Source of the DNA: Eutreptiella sp. 'Long Island Sound 2002'
Taxonomy: Eukaryota; Protista; Euglenida
NCBI GenBank assembly: GCA_964036045.1
Contig: OZ038378.1
Coordinates: forward strand, 117,366,001 to 117,430,000
Direction of reading: 5' to 3'
DNA length: 64,000 nt
Shown here: positions 35,901 to 50,600 of the stretch, piece by piece
How the letters are laid out: each line of letters opens with the position of its first letter
Numbering within the stretch: the stretch's first letter is position 1
Translations under genes and position numbers: made by a program
The notes under the pieces: model-generated
The model's database searches: none
The model's input: the letters and a program-made list of their open reading frames with translations, nothing else
What the model was told of the DNA's origin: nothing

Positions 35901-37360
35901 CTTCTTAACACCCGCAAACCGCTCCAGATTGTATTGGATGTGTCCACCCCATCATCGGTTGTCCGATTGTGTCGGGAAAGTTTGGCTTGAGGAACTACGA
36001 GCTATGGTTGTAGGGCCGCAACGGACAAATAGGGAGTGGTGGCAACCTCTTATTGGGTTTCTCTTGCAACCGTACCATCTCCTTGGGCCCGAAACCAAAG
36101 CCTGCCTGGATCAGGATTCCTAGCTCACGCTCCTTCCTCAACGTAAATGGTCCATGGTGGTTGTACATGTGGACAGAGGGCTTGCCGAGGAAAGTTTGGT
36201 GGCCAGTAAATGTCGTGTGGCCTCCGCCGTTCCTAACATTGACACGGATGATGAGCTGGGTACAACCTTGGAGGAGGAGTTGGAGAAGGACAGGGTGCCT
36301 AACCACCCGGTTGCTGTGTGTTCCCTCACGTAGCAAACAACTCATAAAAAACTCCGGGCCCCCGCTACTCTTGACTCTAGTCCGGAAGATTTGGAGGCCC
36401 AAAAATGCGTGCTTCAGGCATTGCCAAAATTGAAACAGCGTTTTTGCCAGGAGGTACCGCTTCCGTGAAGCACTGCCAGAAAACTAATGGTGCCAAGCGT
36501 TTGTTGGCTGCTTCCGGTGTGGGTGGTGTGGTTGGCATCCAAAAGCCTATGACGTCTCCGGAGGTGGAACTCATGAGAAAACGTATCCTCGCTGTCTATC
36601 AGCGGGATGTGTTTAGTGGGGAGGTTCGCCTACGTCCGGGCCAGACACACCCTAAATTCCATGGCCCGGATGCTATTGGGTTCACCAAACTTGAGCTACA
36701 CCCGGGTGCTAAGTCGAAGTCCGTGAAACAAATAAGATTCGTTACCGCGGTTGAGTTAGAAATTGCGGAGGATTTCTTGGCTCATGGATGGATTGAGCCA
36801 TGTGTTGCCACCGGGTGGCCATCAAATGGTTTCCGGGTGCCCGAGAATGAAAAAGGGTAATGGCAACTCGTTGCTGCCTATCGCCAACTCAGTGAGGCTA
36901 CTATGCCCGACGCGCACCCCCCCCCCTCATTGAAATAAGATTTTCACTATTGTGGACTTGACGAAAGGTTTTCACCAAAATGCACTTGCCCCAGAGTCCC
37001 GGGTTAAGACCAGAGTGAATTTGGTGGGAAAGAGATACCAGCCGCGTGTTATGCCTATGGGTATCAAAAATGGCCATCTATTTTTCAACGGGTCATGGAC
37101 AACATTTTGAGGGGGTCGGATAGTGCCGAAGTATATTTTGATGAAAGAATTATTGGTTCTTCTGGTGATGCGGAGGAGGAACTTTTGGCAACTCACACAA
37201 CCGCGATGTGCGGGTCGTGTTGGATTTGCTACAGAGGGAGGAACTTGTGGCTTTGGTTAGTAAAACCGATTTCCTTGTCCGTTCGGTGGAGTTTTTTAGA
37301 TGTATCCACAGTACGTGAACCATGTGTCCCGACGTTTGAGGAGTTCCAGGATTTCTTTGG
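33000..37360 (+). mobile_element. Second, divergent and more decayed Ty3/gypsy remnant B (gag-like, PR-like, N6MTase-like, RT), 3'-truncated
   Basis: Degraded protease-like LEITVLV.GA at about 35515. RT motifs WPSNGFRVP..KG*WQLVAAYRQL..ATMPDAHP (36815-36925), VMPMGIKNG..FFQRVMDNIL and VYFDE (37045-37145). Both boundaries are approximate. Confidence 0.7.
35761..36180 (+). pseudogene. Divergent N6-adenine methyltransferase-like domain in the pol of gypsy remnant B
   Basis: SDYKV..REVDIFN..DDFF..LYWMCPPHHRLSDCVGKVWLEELRAMVVGP..EWWQPL..LPQRKWSMVVVHVD is colinear with the element A domain. Motif IV reads CPPH (35941-35952). Confidence 0.6.
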
Positions 37361-38612
37361 TGGTCGGGGGACGGGGGGGGGGGGGGGTCAAATGGAGATC
37401 TGAGCAGTGGCACAAATCCAGAGGCACATATAAACCCGCGGAAACTTGGAGTCGTGTCTGGCCCCTTGTAAGTCTCCCTTTTGGGGGACACAGGTGCAGG
37501 TAAAGTCGGGCAAGGCTCACCATAGCCCCTGTAGGGCCGTTGCGCTGGAGCAGGGAGACAGTGGAGACTATGGTGCATTGTCCAGGGCCCGTGGCAGAGG
37601 GCGCATCGTACCAGGAAAGCGACCAGCCCAAATGATCCAGTGCAAAGTATGTGCCAGGAATACCACGTACCGTCAGCAATACGGCGGATGTCCATTCATC
37701 AATCTGCACACTGTCGCCCCCACAGCCTTTTGGTGGTTCAACCCCCCCCCCCCAACACACACACCACCCATGCACACCCTACACCCTGTGTGTACCGGTG
37801 GAACCTTTTGGGTAAAATCCGAATCCTCAAGCCCCCCATTCTTCCACATGCATACCATATGTGAGGGTTTTCACGGGACCTCCAACTTGCGATGCATCAG
37901 CTCATCAGCTGGCCCAGGTCCCAAGAAGCAGAAGTTCAGAAGAGCACCAGACAAAGAGTGATGAAATGGAGTTGGTCAAATCTCCATTCACCATTGCTCA
38001 AGAGGTACCTGCTCTGTGTGTGTCATGAGACAGGCTGAAGTGGGCATGTGTCAACAGCCCCATCAAAGCAATCCTCCTCCTGCAGAAAAAAGGGCTTTTG
38101 GGCAGGGCTTTAGCGGATGTACACTTCACAAACAACATGACATTGACATAGACATTGGACAGCCCCCACCAAAGCTGCAGAAATCCAATTTTGGGGCATG
38201 TTTGAGGGAACACGCCACGGGCCATGGTACAGGGGCAGTACCGGGCCTTGGGAGTCCTACTTGCGTGGGGCTGGGGCTTGTTGCTGTGCACCACCACCTT
38301 CGATGTCATGCCCCGCCGTTGTAATGGAGGGCAGAGGGCAGGGCTAGTCCTGCCAGACGTTCAGACATGTGGACACTGGCGCAGGAAAGTACACCCTGCC
38401 ACACACGCGGCACCGCAGTACAGAGGGTTTGCTGGTCTTCATGGACATGGACACCACACAATACCGAGTCGCACCGTCCCAGAAGCGGGCTGCACCCACC
38501 AGCACTGAGGGCCCCATACATGGCACCTGTTGACAAAGATCATGACGGCACCGTCGCCGAACTGCATGTCATCAGGGCACGCGGATGCCGCAACGACACG
38601 ATTCTGCACACT

Positions 38613-41600
38613 CTAGTGCTCCGCTGTTCGTGCGGCTCTCATGGCTGGGGGCCTTTCTGCCTTCTCTGACCCCTCCGCAGCGTGGCCGTCTTGGTGCAAC
38701 AGCGCACTGCGCTGCAGGGTGTCGTCAATCACGCCATGAAAGCCCTCAGGCCGCCAAATGTGCACCCACGCCGCAGATAATACAAATAGCCCAATGGCGA
38801 GCCCGGGCCCAAGTACCAGGGTCTGCATGCTCAAATGGGCGCAGGCGATGAGGTTCGCCACGCAGAACAGCGCCGGAAAGAGCACCAAGAGAGACATCCC
38901 GACAGGGCCCACAGGGATTTGGTACGGTCGCTCGAGGCTCGGGTAACGGAACCGGAGGAGGGGAAGGGCTATGAGGACAAACAGGAGGCGGGCAGCATAG
39001 AAGAACGAGGAGACAGTGACCAGCTCGGAGAAGTCCAAGAAGACACTGAAGACTGCAGTGAGAACAGAGATAAAAACGATGGAGACGGTGGGAATGCCCC
39101 TGGCACTGATGTACCCCATGGCACGATTCAATGGTCTGGGAAAGAGCCCCATGATCGCCATGGAGGAGGTGGCACGCGCAGTAGCACAGAGGTACGAAAG
39201 CAGCAGTCCAAAGCCGCTGCAGACCCCCCCAATGGCCATGATGAACTCAAGCCACTCACCACCAATCTGAGGAGGGCAGCGGAGAATTCAGAGGGTTGAT
39301 GCAGAAATTGTGCGGTAGAGAAATGGGGGATGAGATTATTCAGGGGTTCAGTATCAATTCTCAGGCCAGGAGGGCTGTTGTACTACCTACCCCTACGCCT
39401 GGGGTGCACTACACACTGGATCACGGAATAAATACCACGCATAGCAATTTACACAAACATACATAGCAAATTACACAATGCACTTACTACGCACTCGCTA
39501 CATGTCTACCAATTGTACACATGTAACTGCTGTTACAAAACGTTTTCCGGAAGGGGTCCTTTGGTCCCATTCCTAGATAGTGTCTGTGTGCGTCTACACC
39601 ATGTGCACACATTCGTTACATGTGCACAGTGTGTACAATTGTATGCAGGTAAGCATATGTGTGTGTGGTGTCTGCAAACTTTTTTCCTCGATCTTTACTA
39701 CACACAGAAGCATAGTGACAAAACTACTGCTCTGCAGGCCAGAGTAGAAAAGGCCTAGGCCATGGGGCTTTGGCACAAGCAAAGGGTGCATGGGCTCCGG
39801 ATGGCCCTGGATGGTTCTTCAATGTGTGCCAATGACAGATTCTGTTGCAAAGAGGGAACAAGGGTCGGCTGGAAACGTGGTTGGCCGTTGCTGCATGCTC
39901 CAACATTGTTGGTGTGGGGAGGGTACCTTTTTCAGATGCACCCAAGCCTGTCCAAACAACGCAAACCCCTCCCAAAGACCAACTTCTCCGATGGGATGGA
40001 TATTGTGAATGGCCTTGTGAAACTGATGGAAAAATTGTTGTTCCTGCCCTTTTGCAGCCTTATATACAATGGGTTTTGCAAATGGCCCTAACTCAGACTA
40101 AATTGAAAAATTATATTTGGGGGGTCTTTGAGTGAGCACCAGGCCAGTAGGGACAACAGGCAGGCTTTGTGGGTCCGTTGCCCTCGCAATCACCACCAGC
40201 TGATTTTCATTGCGAGTAGTTGAAGTTTAATTTAGGGCATTGGTGGGCAGCCACCATGTGAATGCCTGAAAGGGTTCTCTGGACGGCAGATTGGCAGTCA
40301 CGCGAGCAGCCACCAAGACTTGGAACACCCTTTAAATGACGCCCCTGACACGCCCCAATTCATAAGGCAGATTTTTTTTATTGTAGCAACATGTTGCATA
40401 CCTAGAGCTGCTGGGAATTGGTGCTTCATGTGAGTGCATGGGGGCCCCCTCTGGAGCAAAGCATAGCTCGATCGTGGAAATAAGTGTAACTCGCTGTTTT
40501 ATTTTTTTTTTGGCGTAAGTCGCGTAACTTTTTTTTTTGGCGTAAGTCGCGGGTTTTTTTGGACGGAAATTTTTTTTTGGTGTAAGTCGCGTAAACTTTT
40601 TTTTTTTGGTGTAAGCAGCGTATGGGGAAAAAACCCCTTTTTTCAAAAAAAAATAAAAAAAGGGGGGGGGGGCGGAGAAACACAAGAACCACCCAACAAC
40701 TGCCATTGCTACCAGAGGAGGTGAAGCATGCAGCCCCCACGGACATTTCGGGTACCTTGGGCATGGGTAAAGCAATGGAGCCGTGAGCTTGAAGGGCGGC
40801 AGATGGCAGAAATAACGTGTAGCACACTCATCATGACTGCAAACAAAAAATGCAATTTGCCCTTCGGCCTTTGGCAAGCGGTATCAAAATGACTATATTG
40901 CTGCCGGCGCCACTGGCTACGAAGCCCAAGCCAGTGATACCACCTAAGTCCGGTCACCTCGGGCCAACTACATTCTTCGCATGCAACCATAAGGGCGTAG
41001 GGCCAACTACAAGAAGTCGCCGAACACACGCTTGTAGATCAAAGCAGTCTTTGTGTCCGATGCCTTCGGCTTTGCACCCGGATTCGTGTTCCGCGCACAA
41101 GCGCCACAAATATCCTTCACAAGTAACTCTTCCAGCTCTCGAATAAATTGTTGGTCATTCACCAACCGACCCTCTGCGCCCTTTGGGTACGCCTCGGGCA
41201 CCTCGACAAGCTTCCCACGGATGAACACGTATGCACGGGCATCATCACTTGTGGGGAGGTTAGAAGAGGAAGTGGACTGCAGGGTTTGTGGAGGGGCCTT
41301 CACATTGCCCTTCACTGACTTCCTATTTTGGGGCACGTCCTCATAGTTGGAGGCCGGGCAGGCAGGAGATTGTCCGACAATTGGCTCCGAGGAGGAAAGA
41401 GGATCCTCTTCATCAAAAAGGAGGGGGGAAGTAGATGGGGGCGGGGACTCACAGTTGGAGGCTGGGGCAGGAGGAGATTCTCCAGGCTCCCAGAAAATCA
41501 CCTCCCCCTCCCACCCATTCTCCGGGATGGTACCGGGGACTCGGAGGGGGCGATCTGCATTGATGATGCGTAGTGCTTCCTTGATGAATCCTTTCAGCAA

Positions 41601-44600
41601 AGGTGTAACATCAATGTCGTCCAGGCTTCCCCTATGGCCAGCCACCTCATCACAAAGATGCGGCGATTGATAGCTACATGACCAACCATCCTCTTGAAAA
41701 CCCAAAGCACGAGCATGTGCGGAAACACCCTTTGACTGGAGGCGTTTCAACATTGGTCTCGGGGGCCCAAAAGAGGGCGGAAATGCGACGCCACCCCTGC
41801 ATTTTCGGGGGTCCCCAACAAAGGGGAACAAAATCAGAAGTGGCTACCTCACCCCAGCCTTCTCGGGGGCCCAAAAGAGGGCGGAAATGCTACGCCACCC
41901 CTGCATTCTCGGGGATCCCCAGCGCCAAGCGCTGGGAGCAAAATCAGAAGTGGTCCCCAACAAAGGGGAACAAAATCTGAAGTGGCGGCCTCACCCCTTC
42001 CTTCCCGGGGGCCCAAAAGAGGGTGGAAATGCTACGCCACCCCTGCATTCTCGGGGATCCCCAACAAAGGGGAACAAAATCAGAAGTGGCTGCCTCACCC
42101 CTTATTTTTTTGGTTGTAGGTCGCGTATCAAATAAAGTGTAGGTCGCGTAACGAAAGAAGCATAGCGCGCCTTTTTTCTTGTTAAAGCGTAACTCGCGTA
42201 TTTGTTTTTTTTTGGTAGTAGGTCGCATACCAAAAAAAGCGTAGGTTGTGTAACAAACAAGCGTAACTCGCGGTTTTTTTAAAGCGTAAGTCACGTAACT
42301 CTTTTTTTAGGTGTAGGTCGCGTCACAAAAAAAGCGTAATATGCCTATCATTTTTTTCGAGTTTTTTTTTCCACACTCGACCAAAAAAATAAGCGACTTA
42401 CGCCAAATAAAAAAAATAAGCGACTTACGCTTGACACCCCCCTCTAGACCTCCGCAGGAATGCTTCTTTTCAGTGGAGGGGAATACTCTGCTTCTTGTGC
42501 CTTCACATGGTGCTGACAGTGATGACGTTCACAACACTTGTGGGTGGTGGCTGGGAAACTAGTTCTGGTGTAGGTGCATGTGGTAGCACCAGTACTTTGC
42601 CAATTTTGGAAGCATGGGCACGAGGTTTCCCAACATAAGAACCATCCAGATGCTCCCCATTTGATCCTTCAAAAGAGCACCCATTTGTTGACAACCAAAC
42701 GGCACGTAGGAGACAGCACAACCCAGCATTTTCCTGATTTTGTGCGCCTGTGAGCCACAAATGCTTACTTATTCACTCAAATGTTGCCTGTCGAATCAAT
42801 TTGACATGCTCCTCGTGGTTTCGTTGTTTTGCACGGCTATCTCAGCTCTATGGCATGTCAACAACTAGACACCACATATAAATGCTAGGTTGTGGTGCTA
42901 CCAAAATGTCTTCTTTGTGCCACAAGCAAGGCAACCCGTGGGGCGAACACTAGATGACTGCACAAAAAAAATGATACAATCATTGTACATTACAAGGATG
43001 CACAAGCCTTGCAACAAAGAGGGGTACGTCATCAAGTCATGTAGATCATGTAGATTGGTGTAGCAATATGGTGACAATTGTAGCTTGTGTACAAAAAAAA
43101 TCGCTAATGCAAGCAATCTCTTGATGTGAGCGCTATTGATTGTTTTTCATTGCATGTCCTGTTTAAAAAAAATCGTATTGCGAGTAAGAATGGTTTACTA
43201 TAAAGGCAAATACAGTTCTTTTTTAAGAAGGGTACTTCTCTTGCAATGTGTACACTTGCCGGTTCCGTACCGCACCCCTTATAGGTCTAAACGATGGGAC
43301 CCGCAATCTACAAAGCACAAAGTACTCCATGTGGCCACCAATTACACTTAACCTATTTCAGCGGCAAATTTGCATCACACATCCACGGTAGAAGACTTGG
43401 ATGCTTGAAGAGAACATGAAGCTCGGCCCATATAAGAGCAAGTTTTTGCCTTCACCTCTTTGACCCATAGAAGCGGTGGATGCCTCAAGAGAAAGTGGAG
43501 TTAAATATAGAGGGGGAATGGGGGGGGGGGGACAACGCATGGGGTTGTGCTACAAAACCATAACCCCTGCCATCTTGGGTGGCCAATGTGGGGAGAAAAT
43601 CGAAGTGGCTACTTAATCACTGCCTTCTCGGGTGCCCCCAACGAGGAAAGGTTGCATAATCCTTGCCATCTTGAGGGTCCCAATGTGGGGAGAAAATCGA
43701 AGTGGCTACAAAACTCCAAAAGCTAGGGCTATGTGCTCCGAAGTAAGGAGAAATGGCTGTGTAACCCGTGTAGTCTTGGGGGGGGGGGGGGCATGTGGGG
43801 AGAAAATTGAAGTGGCTAAGCGCTTGCCTTCTTGGGTTTCCCAACGCAGGGAGGGATTGTTGCATAAACCTGACCGTCTCAGAGCCCCAATGTGGGGGGG
43901 AAATCGAAGTGGCTACACAACCCATGCCTTCTCGGGGTCCCCAAAAATGGGGAGAAATGGCTGCATAACCCTTGCCTTGCCTTGGGGGACCCAACATGAG
44001 GAGAGAATGGTAGTGGCTACCTGACCGTGGCCGTCTAGTGGTCCCCAAAATGGGGAACATTCAATCGGACACAAAAAAACAAATTTTTGTTGTAGACACA
44101 AGTTTTGTTCTTCGTTGTAACCTCAAGAAATCTTTTTTGAATGTAAAGGTGAGCACCAATTTCTCTTTTTGGAGTAAAGACGAGTGTGTCTTTTTTTTGC
44201 GGTAATGGCGAGGACAACAAAATTTGTACGTTGTGTAGTTTCTTTTTTTGCACTCCACGCGAGTACCTAGTTTTGCATTACTCGCCAATACAACTTTAGT
44301 ACTGGCATTTATAGCAAAAGAAAATTCCTCGGCTTTACTAGTCTTTTCATTCTTTTGATTACGGCAACAAAATTACATGATTTACGATTTCCAACATACA
44401 CAGCAATATGATACATAGTGCGTCTCCAAAAATGCGGGCATTGCCTCTATGCCTCGGAGAATGGTAAAGTCCCTCTTGAAATCAATACGGTGTCTCGGCA
44501 TTTTCTCGCGCACACATTAGAAAGGTGACAGATGGTGAGTTGAGCGCTCGTGTTAACAGGAAAACACTCACTACACTCACTACAAATAGTCGCAGAATGC

Positions 44601-47600
44601 ACAGTTGAAGATCAAATCAGACTTGTTATCTGATGACTTAGGCTTCACACAGGGATTGGTGGTCTCTCCACAATCTTCAAAGAGAGTTTTTTTGACCTAC
44701 TTGGGGTCCCCAATGTGGAGATAAATCTTTGTGAAGAGACTGAAGATAGGGGGAAGGGGCAGATTGTATTGCGCCACCCAAAAAGACAGGAAAATAACTT
44801 GTTTGCCCAATGCATCCAATGTGTGGATCCCCATGGGCCAAGACTCAGCCACACTGCACTGGCTTCACTGCAACTGCTACAGCTTCTGCAGCCATTGCCC
44901 AACGTGGTGAGCTTGGGATGACCCAACTCAACTGGCATCACTTGCTTGAGCTTCGTAGTCGGTGGGGCAGGCGGCAATATAGTTATTTGATACCATTGGC
45001 CAAAGGCCTAAACATTAAAGACCGAAGCGACAGAAGACGCGCGCACACAAACAAGAGAACTAGAGGAGCACGCGCGCAAACGGGCCTATGCTAATCTAGC
45101 GGTACTGAAGCATCAACCTTGTCGATTAAAACAAGTATAAATTCGGAATTCACCAAAAATTAACCCGAAATTGCACACAAATATGGCGGTGTACACCTCT
45201 ACCCCGCCGTCAACCGGTTTGGGTTCTTGGTGGCTCGACACACGGCACAATCATGGCAATACCGATTCAGGACCTTATAGTAACTCGGTGGAAATATGAA
45301 TCTCCACGCCAAATTGTCCTCCAATTTGTCCCTCCCCGGGTGTATTTGCAATTCCATTCACTTCTATTCCACGTGAACAATAATTGCCATTCTATTGTTT
45401 GCGATGAAGTTGTTTTTTGCAAAAGTTGCACAATTCAGTTTTTGTGTGCGTCCACTTTGCACACTGGCATCATGCTCTTTGGCCGTACTTGATTTATTCT
45501 TAAATGTATTGGCTTCATTCTCAGACAAAGGCAATCATCCTTGCAGGTATTGAATGCTGACTTGGTGGCACTGCATCCACTGCCAAGAGCAATGCATGAA
45601 CTCCATGTGCACAACTACAATGAATCCATGGATGGTCTTTCTTGCCAACTATCGGTTTTCTTGTTGTCGTCCTTTTCCCTTTCCCCTTGCGACAAAGCAG
45701 CAGCACAACAAAGTGCAACTCACGCATTGTATCTTGAGGAGATATTCTCAAGAATTTTGTATTTGCATTTGTATTTCTCTCTGGGACATCCGTTTCCTGC
45801 CAACACGGAGCGTTTTCACATTTTTTTAAGACTTTTCTCAACTTTTGGTCTGATGCTCCAAAATGTCATCACCTTTGGGGGGGGGGGGGTATGTGTATGC
45901 TTTTCGAAATCTGTGCGCAAACGCCGTTTCAGAAATGTATGGGTTGGGGAGGGGGGGGCAGGTGGTCACAGTTTTGCACACAGAGCTGTAAACCGGAGGA
46001 CACACAGGGCACAGGCAATGCTCCAAGGATCACCCATGATTCCGAATCCGATTCGTTGTCATTGTTGCCCCTTTCCACAGGGGCCGGGACTCCATTGGGG
46101 CACACATCCCCCTGCTTGTGACTGGGAAAATACTTCTTCAACTTTTCCCAATCCTGTAGCCTGCGTGCTTTGACTGGCACCCACCCTGTGTTCAGGGGCA
46201 TGGCCCACAGGCCGTCAGTTAAGAGGTCCACATTTCGCTGTTTGGTGAGCTAGACCTTGCGCCATGGAATGGCCACACTGTACCCTGATTTCACCCAGAC
46301 AAAACCGGGATGGGCCTCAAGATTTTCAGGGTCAGGTGTCTTGCCAAAATCCAACCACTTTATTTTCTCATCTCTCATCAGAACAGGCTTCCGCTGATGG
46401 TCCAGGTGGCTGCCTGAAGACCTATATGCACCTGCCAGCCACTTGGACACGTCCCAAAAATCACTGCGCTTCAAAATGGACGAAAATCTCAAACATGTCG
46501 TCAGTACAGCATGCAGACCTGGGTGTTCCAAATAGCCCTTTTTGAGGGCTTTCCGAATATACCCCACATACCCCTACCTCCGTGACACTCAGCGGGCTAA
46601 AACGAAGCAACAATGGCACCGACCCCCGAAAACGCTCCGTGTTGGCAGGATCCCCAACGTCCCTGAGACTTTTGTTAATGACGTGCATTTTTCCACTCCG
46701 CATTAGGCACAGCTCCCTGCCGTGCTCCCAATCCCCCAACAGAATAAGATAGGGATGTCTTGAGGTTGTGCGAATTTCCGCAAACCCTGTCGTGTGCGAG
46801 GCAAAGGCGTCCTCAGTTTGGCCACCTCACCATCCTACTTTCTGTCGCCCCTATTGCTACACCGTCTGCCCGACTCCTGAGCCACAGAATTGCTAACATC
46901 AGGTATGCCGGGACCTCAACGAAGCACTGGCCCAGCAGAACCGACTGTTGGTTACCGGCCAAGCGGCATCAGATGCAGCTGGGTGATCACCTGTCAGGTT
47001 CGCAGAAACTGCCATTGCAATCTTGCAACCGAAACCACCTCATGGGGGGCAGGGGATATCTAATGCCAAAAGGGCAGCCCAGCTCTCCATGGCCCACCGT
47101 GGCTACCGTCAGGAATGCGTCCAGAAGAAGCTTTCTGGTTCGCAACTTCACGTCATAATATCCAAATTGCAAGTCCCCTCTTCCGGCAGTAACTCATTGG
47201 TGCTTGTTTCTCTTCCCGTGCAGCCACTGGAACGATCAGCTGGCATCTGAAGACCCACAAAGCCATGGCCCATTCAAGTGATCCATCTCCAAGATTGGTC
47301 ATACTCTCGTCCTATACCAACTGTGCAGATGCATGTCTCACATGGCACACCTCGCCTGCAATGGTGCCCCAATAGCCATCCTGCCAATCGTCATAATTCT
47401 GGTTAACTGAAGTGCCAACCAAAATGGGCAGTAGATACGTCAAAGTGGTTAACAAGAGGCATCCAATGACCGCCCGTGGGAAATCACTGTAATCCTTCAC
47501 CTCCTCCACAACGTGCCCAGCAGCATCAAACCCACTGTGCATAAAATACACTGGCTGCAGTGGATTGCAGGCAGTCGCAAGACCGAAAACTGGGTCACAC

Positions 47601-50600
47601 ATCGACCCAGAGGTGCACAGAACTCATGCACAGGACTGTGGCTATCATAACACATTGGGAAGTACACAGTCGCCAGGCATAACGTTAAAGGCTCATTCTG
47701 ATGCCCTTTTTGCAATGCACTTTGTGCTACAATCAGCAATTGTAGAACAAAATACATCAGCGATTCTGTTGCCTTCGGCAAGGATGGGGACTCAAAAGGT
47801 CAAAAATCGAATTTTCCGAAACTGGTTTGATATTGAGACCACCCACAATGATGAAACATCCCATGTAAAGCATGTCTTAGACCTTTTTCTGTGTGTTTTC
47901 ACCCCATTTGGCCATGGGTGCCCAGAGGTGGGTGGGGGGGGTTCCCTTCAATCAACTGGTGCATGACCTGCTCAAAAACATTTTACCCTCTACGCAGAAA
48001 TTTCCAAACCTGCCGAAGTGCACAGTACGAAGTGCAAGAGAATTTCTTTCCACCCCTGAGGAATGGCCCTGAGGGATGATGCAGAGAATGTGCTTCAATT
48101 TGAACTTTTGGCCCAAAATCACAGATCACAACTTGCAGCCCTAATTGCATATTTGTGGCTTTCTCCGGGCAACTTTTCATTCCGACATATATTTTCAGGT
48201 TGCACATCCAGCTAGTCACAGGTCCAATGCTGAAAACTGCATTAGCAGGTTATGCACCAGTCGCTTGGAGGATCCCACCCACATCCCAGCACACCATGGC
48301 CAAATGGGCTGAAAATGGTGCAATGAGAGGTGGCGTTCATGAGGGCGTGGAGCACCGCCCCTGCAATGCTGGGCAGTAGTGGGACTACAATGTTGGCACA
48401 CTAGAATGAGTGTGCCCAACTAAATGAACAGGAGTGAAGAATGCAATGCTCCCATTTACTACGTTATTTGGTGTATACATGGGTAGTTTGGGCTGTGCTT
48501 ATTTTCGGTATTCTAGATGGGATGCAGCGGGCGTCACCCCTGGAGTCTCACACTCAAGCCCTCTCTCCTGCACCATTTGACGCAGGCAACCTTTTTTTGG
48601 ATGCTGACGGCTGTCTTTCATTGCCATGTACCCCGCCCGAGTATGTGTGATGTGGTACAGCATATGTGGTACTTGATGTGGTATGTGGTGTCCGGTAAGT
48701 GGTGTGGCACGTGGTGTTGTGTGTGGTGCGTGGCATGTAATGCAGTTTGTGCTTGGTATGTAATGCGCTAGCTGATGCATATGATGTGGTATGTGGTGCA
48801 ACATGTATTTTCCGCGAAGACATTGTAAGTTCTATGGCACCCCTAGGGGGGCGCATCGATTGTTCAAACCCCCTCATCCATCATCTTCGGAGACAAGGTT
48901 GCATGCAGTAGACGTGAGAGCGAGTCATTTTGAGTAGTCTGATTCACATGGCCCTCTGATTCATGAGGGTAGGCAGTTGTGTTGACTACCATATTGGTAA
49001 TCATGCTGGTTGTTATGACCAGGGTCTGGATGCTTTACATGGGATATTTCATCATTTGATTTTTGAGCTGAAAACTGCATAAGCAAGTTGTGCACCAGTC
49101 TCTTGAAGGGAGAAGGGAACGTTGGAACTGGAGCATGAGGCCAGGGCTGAACGCAAGGCTCCATGTCAGGGCCAAACGGGTAAAAGTCACCAAGAGGCCC
49201 TGCAGCACAAGAACTGGGAGTAAGGGTGATGTGCCCTCAGAGCGTAATGCACCTTTTGATAGAGGCCCATGCTAAGCGCGAATGTTGTTGACCATTTTGG
49301 TGTTAAACCGAAAAGGGCCCCCTTTCAGCATACATCTTGAGATGCGTGCAATTTTAAAATCTCAACAAGCATTCAAACATGCACCTTAAAACAAGAGACA
49401 CCCAAATTCCATACACCATCTCCTCACAACGACAAGTCCAACCCATTCCCCCCTCTACTAGCCATGACCCTTGATGAACATTTGGGAATGACTGGTGAAT
49501 GTGACTGTAGTGCGAAATTGGCACAAATTTCGTGCTCATCTTGCAATACATTCACACCAATGTCACCCACCTTCTGGTGCAGACCAACACAAAGCAAAAA
49601 TGAAAAATGTCATTCAGAGTGGCATGCTCAACTCCACCCACAAGCTGGTTTTTGTGGATCCAGTGCTTGGTTCAGCAAACTTGACCAGCTCACCCTACCC
49701 TCCTCTATACATGTCTTCAGGCCAGAGGTATGTTTCTCTTCCACCCATCAAATGTGTGTAATTCTCAAATGACGCATGTGTGGGTACAGTGGGAAAAGGC
49801 CCTGGTGGGCACTTATGCATTTTTGTCCCATTATAGCTGAATGATATCTGGTGCTTTATCCTTGTTCATGGAGTCATCCTCAAGGCAAGTTGTAACCCAA
49901 CAGAAAAAAACGGGACCCCAGATACTGTGGCTCACCAAGTAGCCCTCCCAGCTCAAAACCAAAAAGTACAATATTGCCCAGGAGAGGGGTCAATATTTCA
50001 GCAAACACCCCCTCTGGGCCCTTGACCCCGAACCTGGTTGCCTACACTGATGTACCTCAAAATCAATTGCGTTTGACGTGTACATTCCAACTCCAAATGT
50101 TTCGTGGACCAAAGAATTTACAACAGAAAAAAAGGACCTGCCGGGATCAGGGCTGGCAAATCACGACAGCTCAGGTTTCAGCACATTCCTGGTCAGCCCC
50201 ACGGAGCTGGGCCAGGAAAAGGTTTGATAGGCTCAAAATGGACAATCCCAAACAAATCATGATTTGCATCTGCCCAATATCTCATGCATCTGCCTGAGCC
50301 CCGTTGCAGAGGTTTCAGTATCCCTTCTGTATAGTGGGCCCACTCCAGGTCCAGTCTCGCTCGCCAGGCTGAGAGTTTGTTGGCAATTGCGAAAAAAAAC
50401 CCTCCTGTTGGACACTAACACCAGTTAGGCACATCGTTGCGGATTTAAGCTGGAAGCAAGCAGGCAGATTTGGCCTAGCCAGGCCAAATGGGGCCTCCTT
50501 GCATCGCATCAACCACAATCTCAATCGCCACGCCACCATCAGCACAACCTCAGCTGCACATAGTAGGCACAATGGGGGAATCAAGGGTTTGCTCACCCGT

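Noticed and set aside
45900-47250. Additional retroelement ORF in permease intron 3
   Set aside because: The fragments look protein-like but carry no diagnostic RT or endonuclease motif that I could verify.
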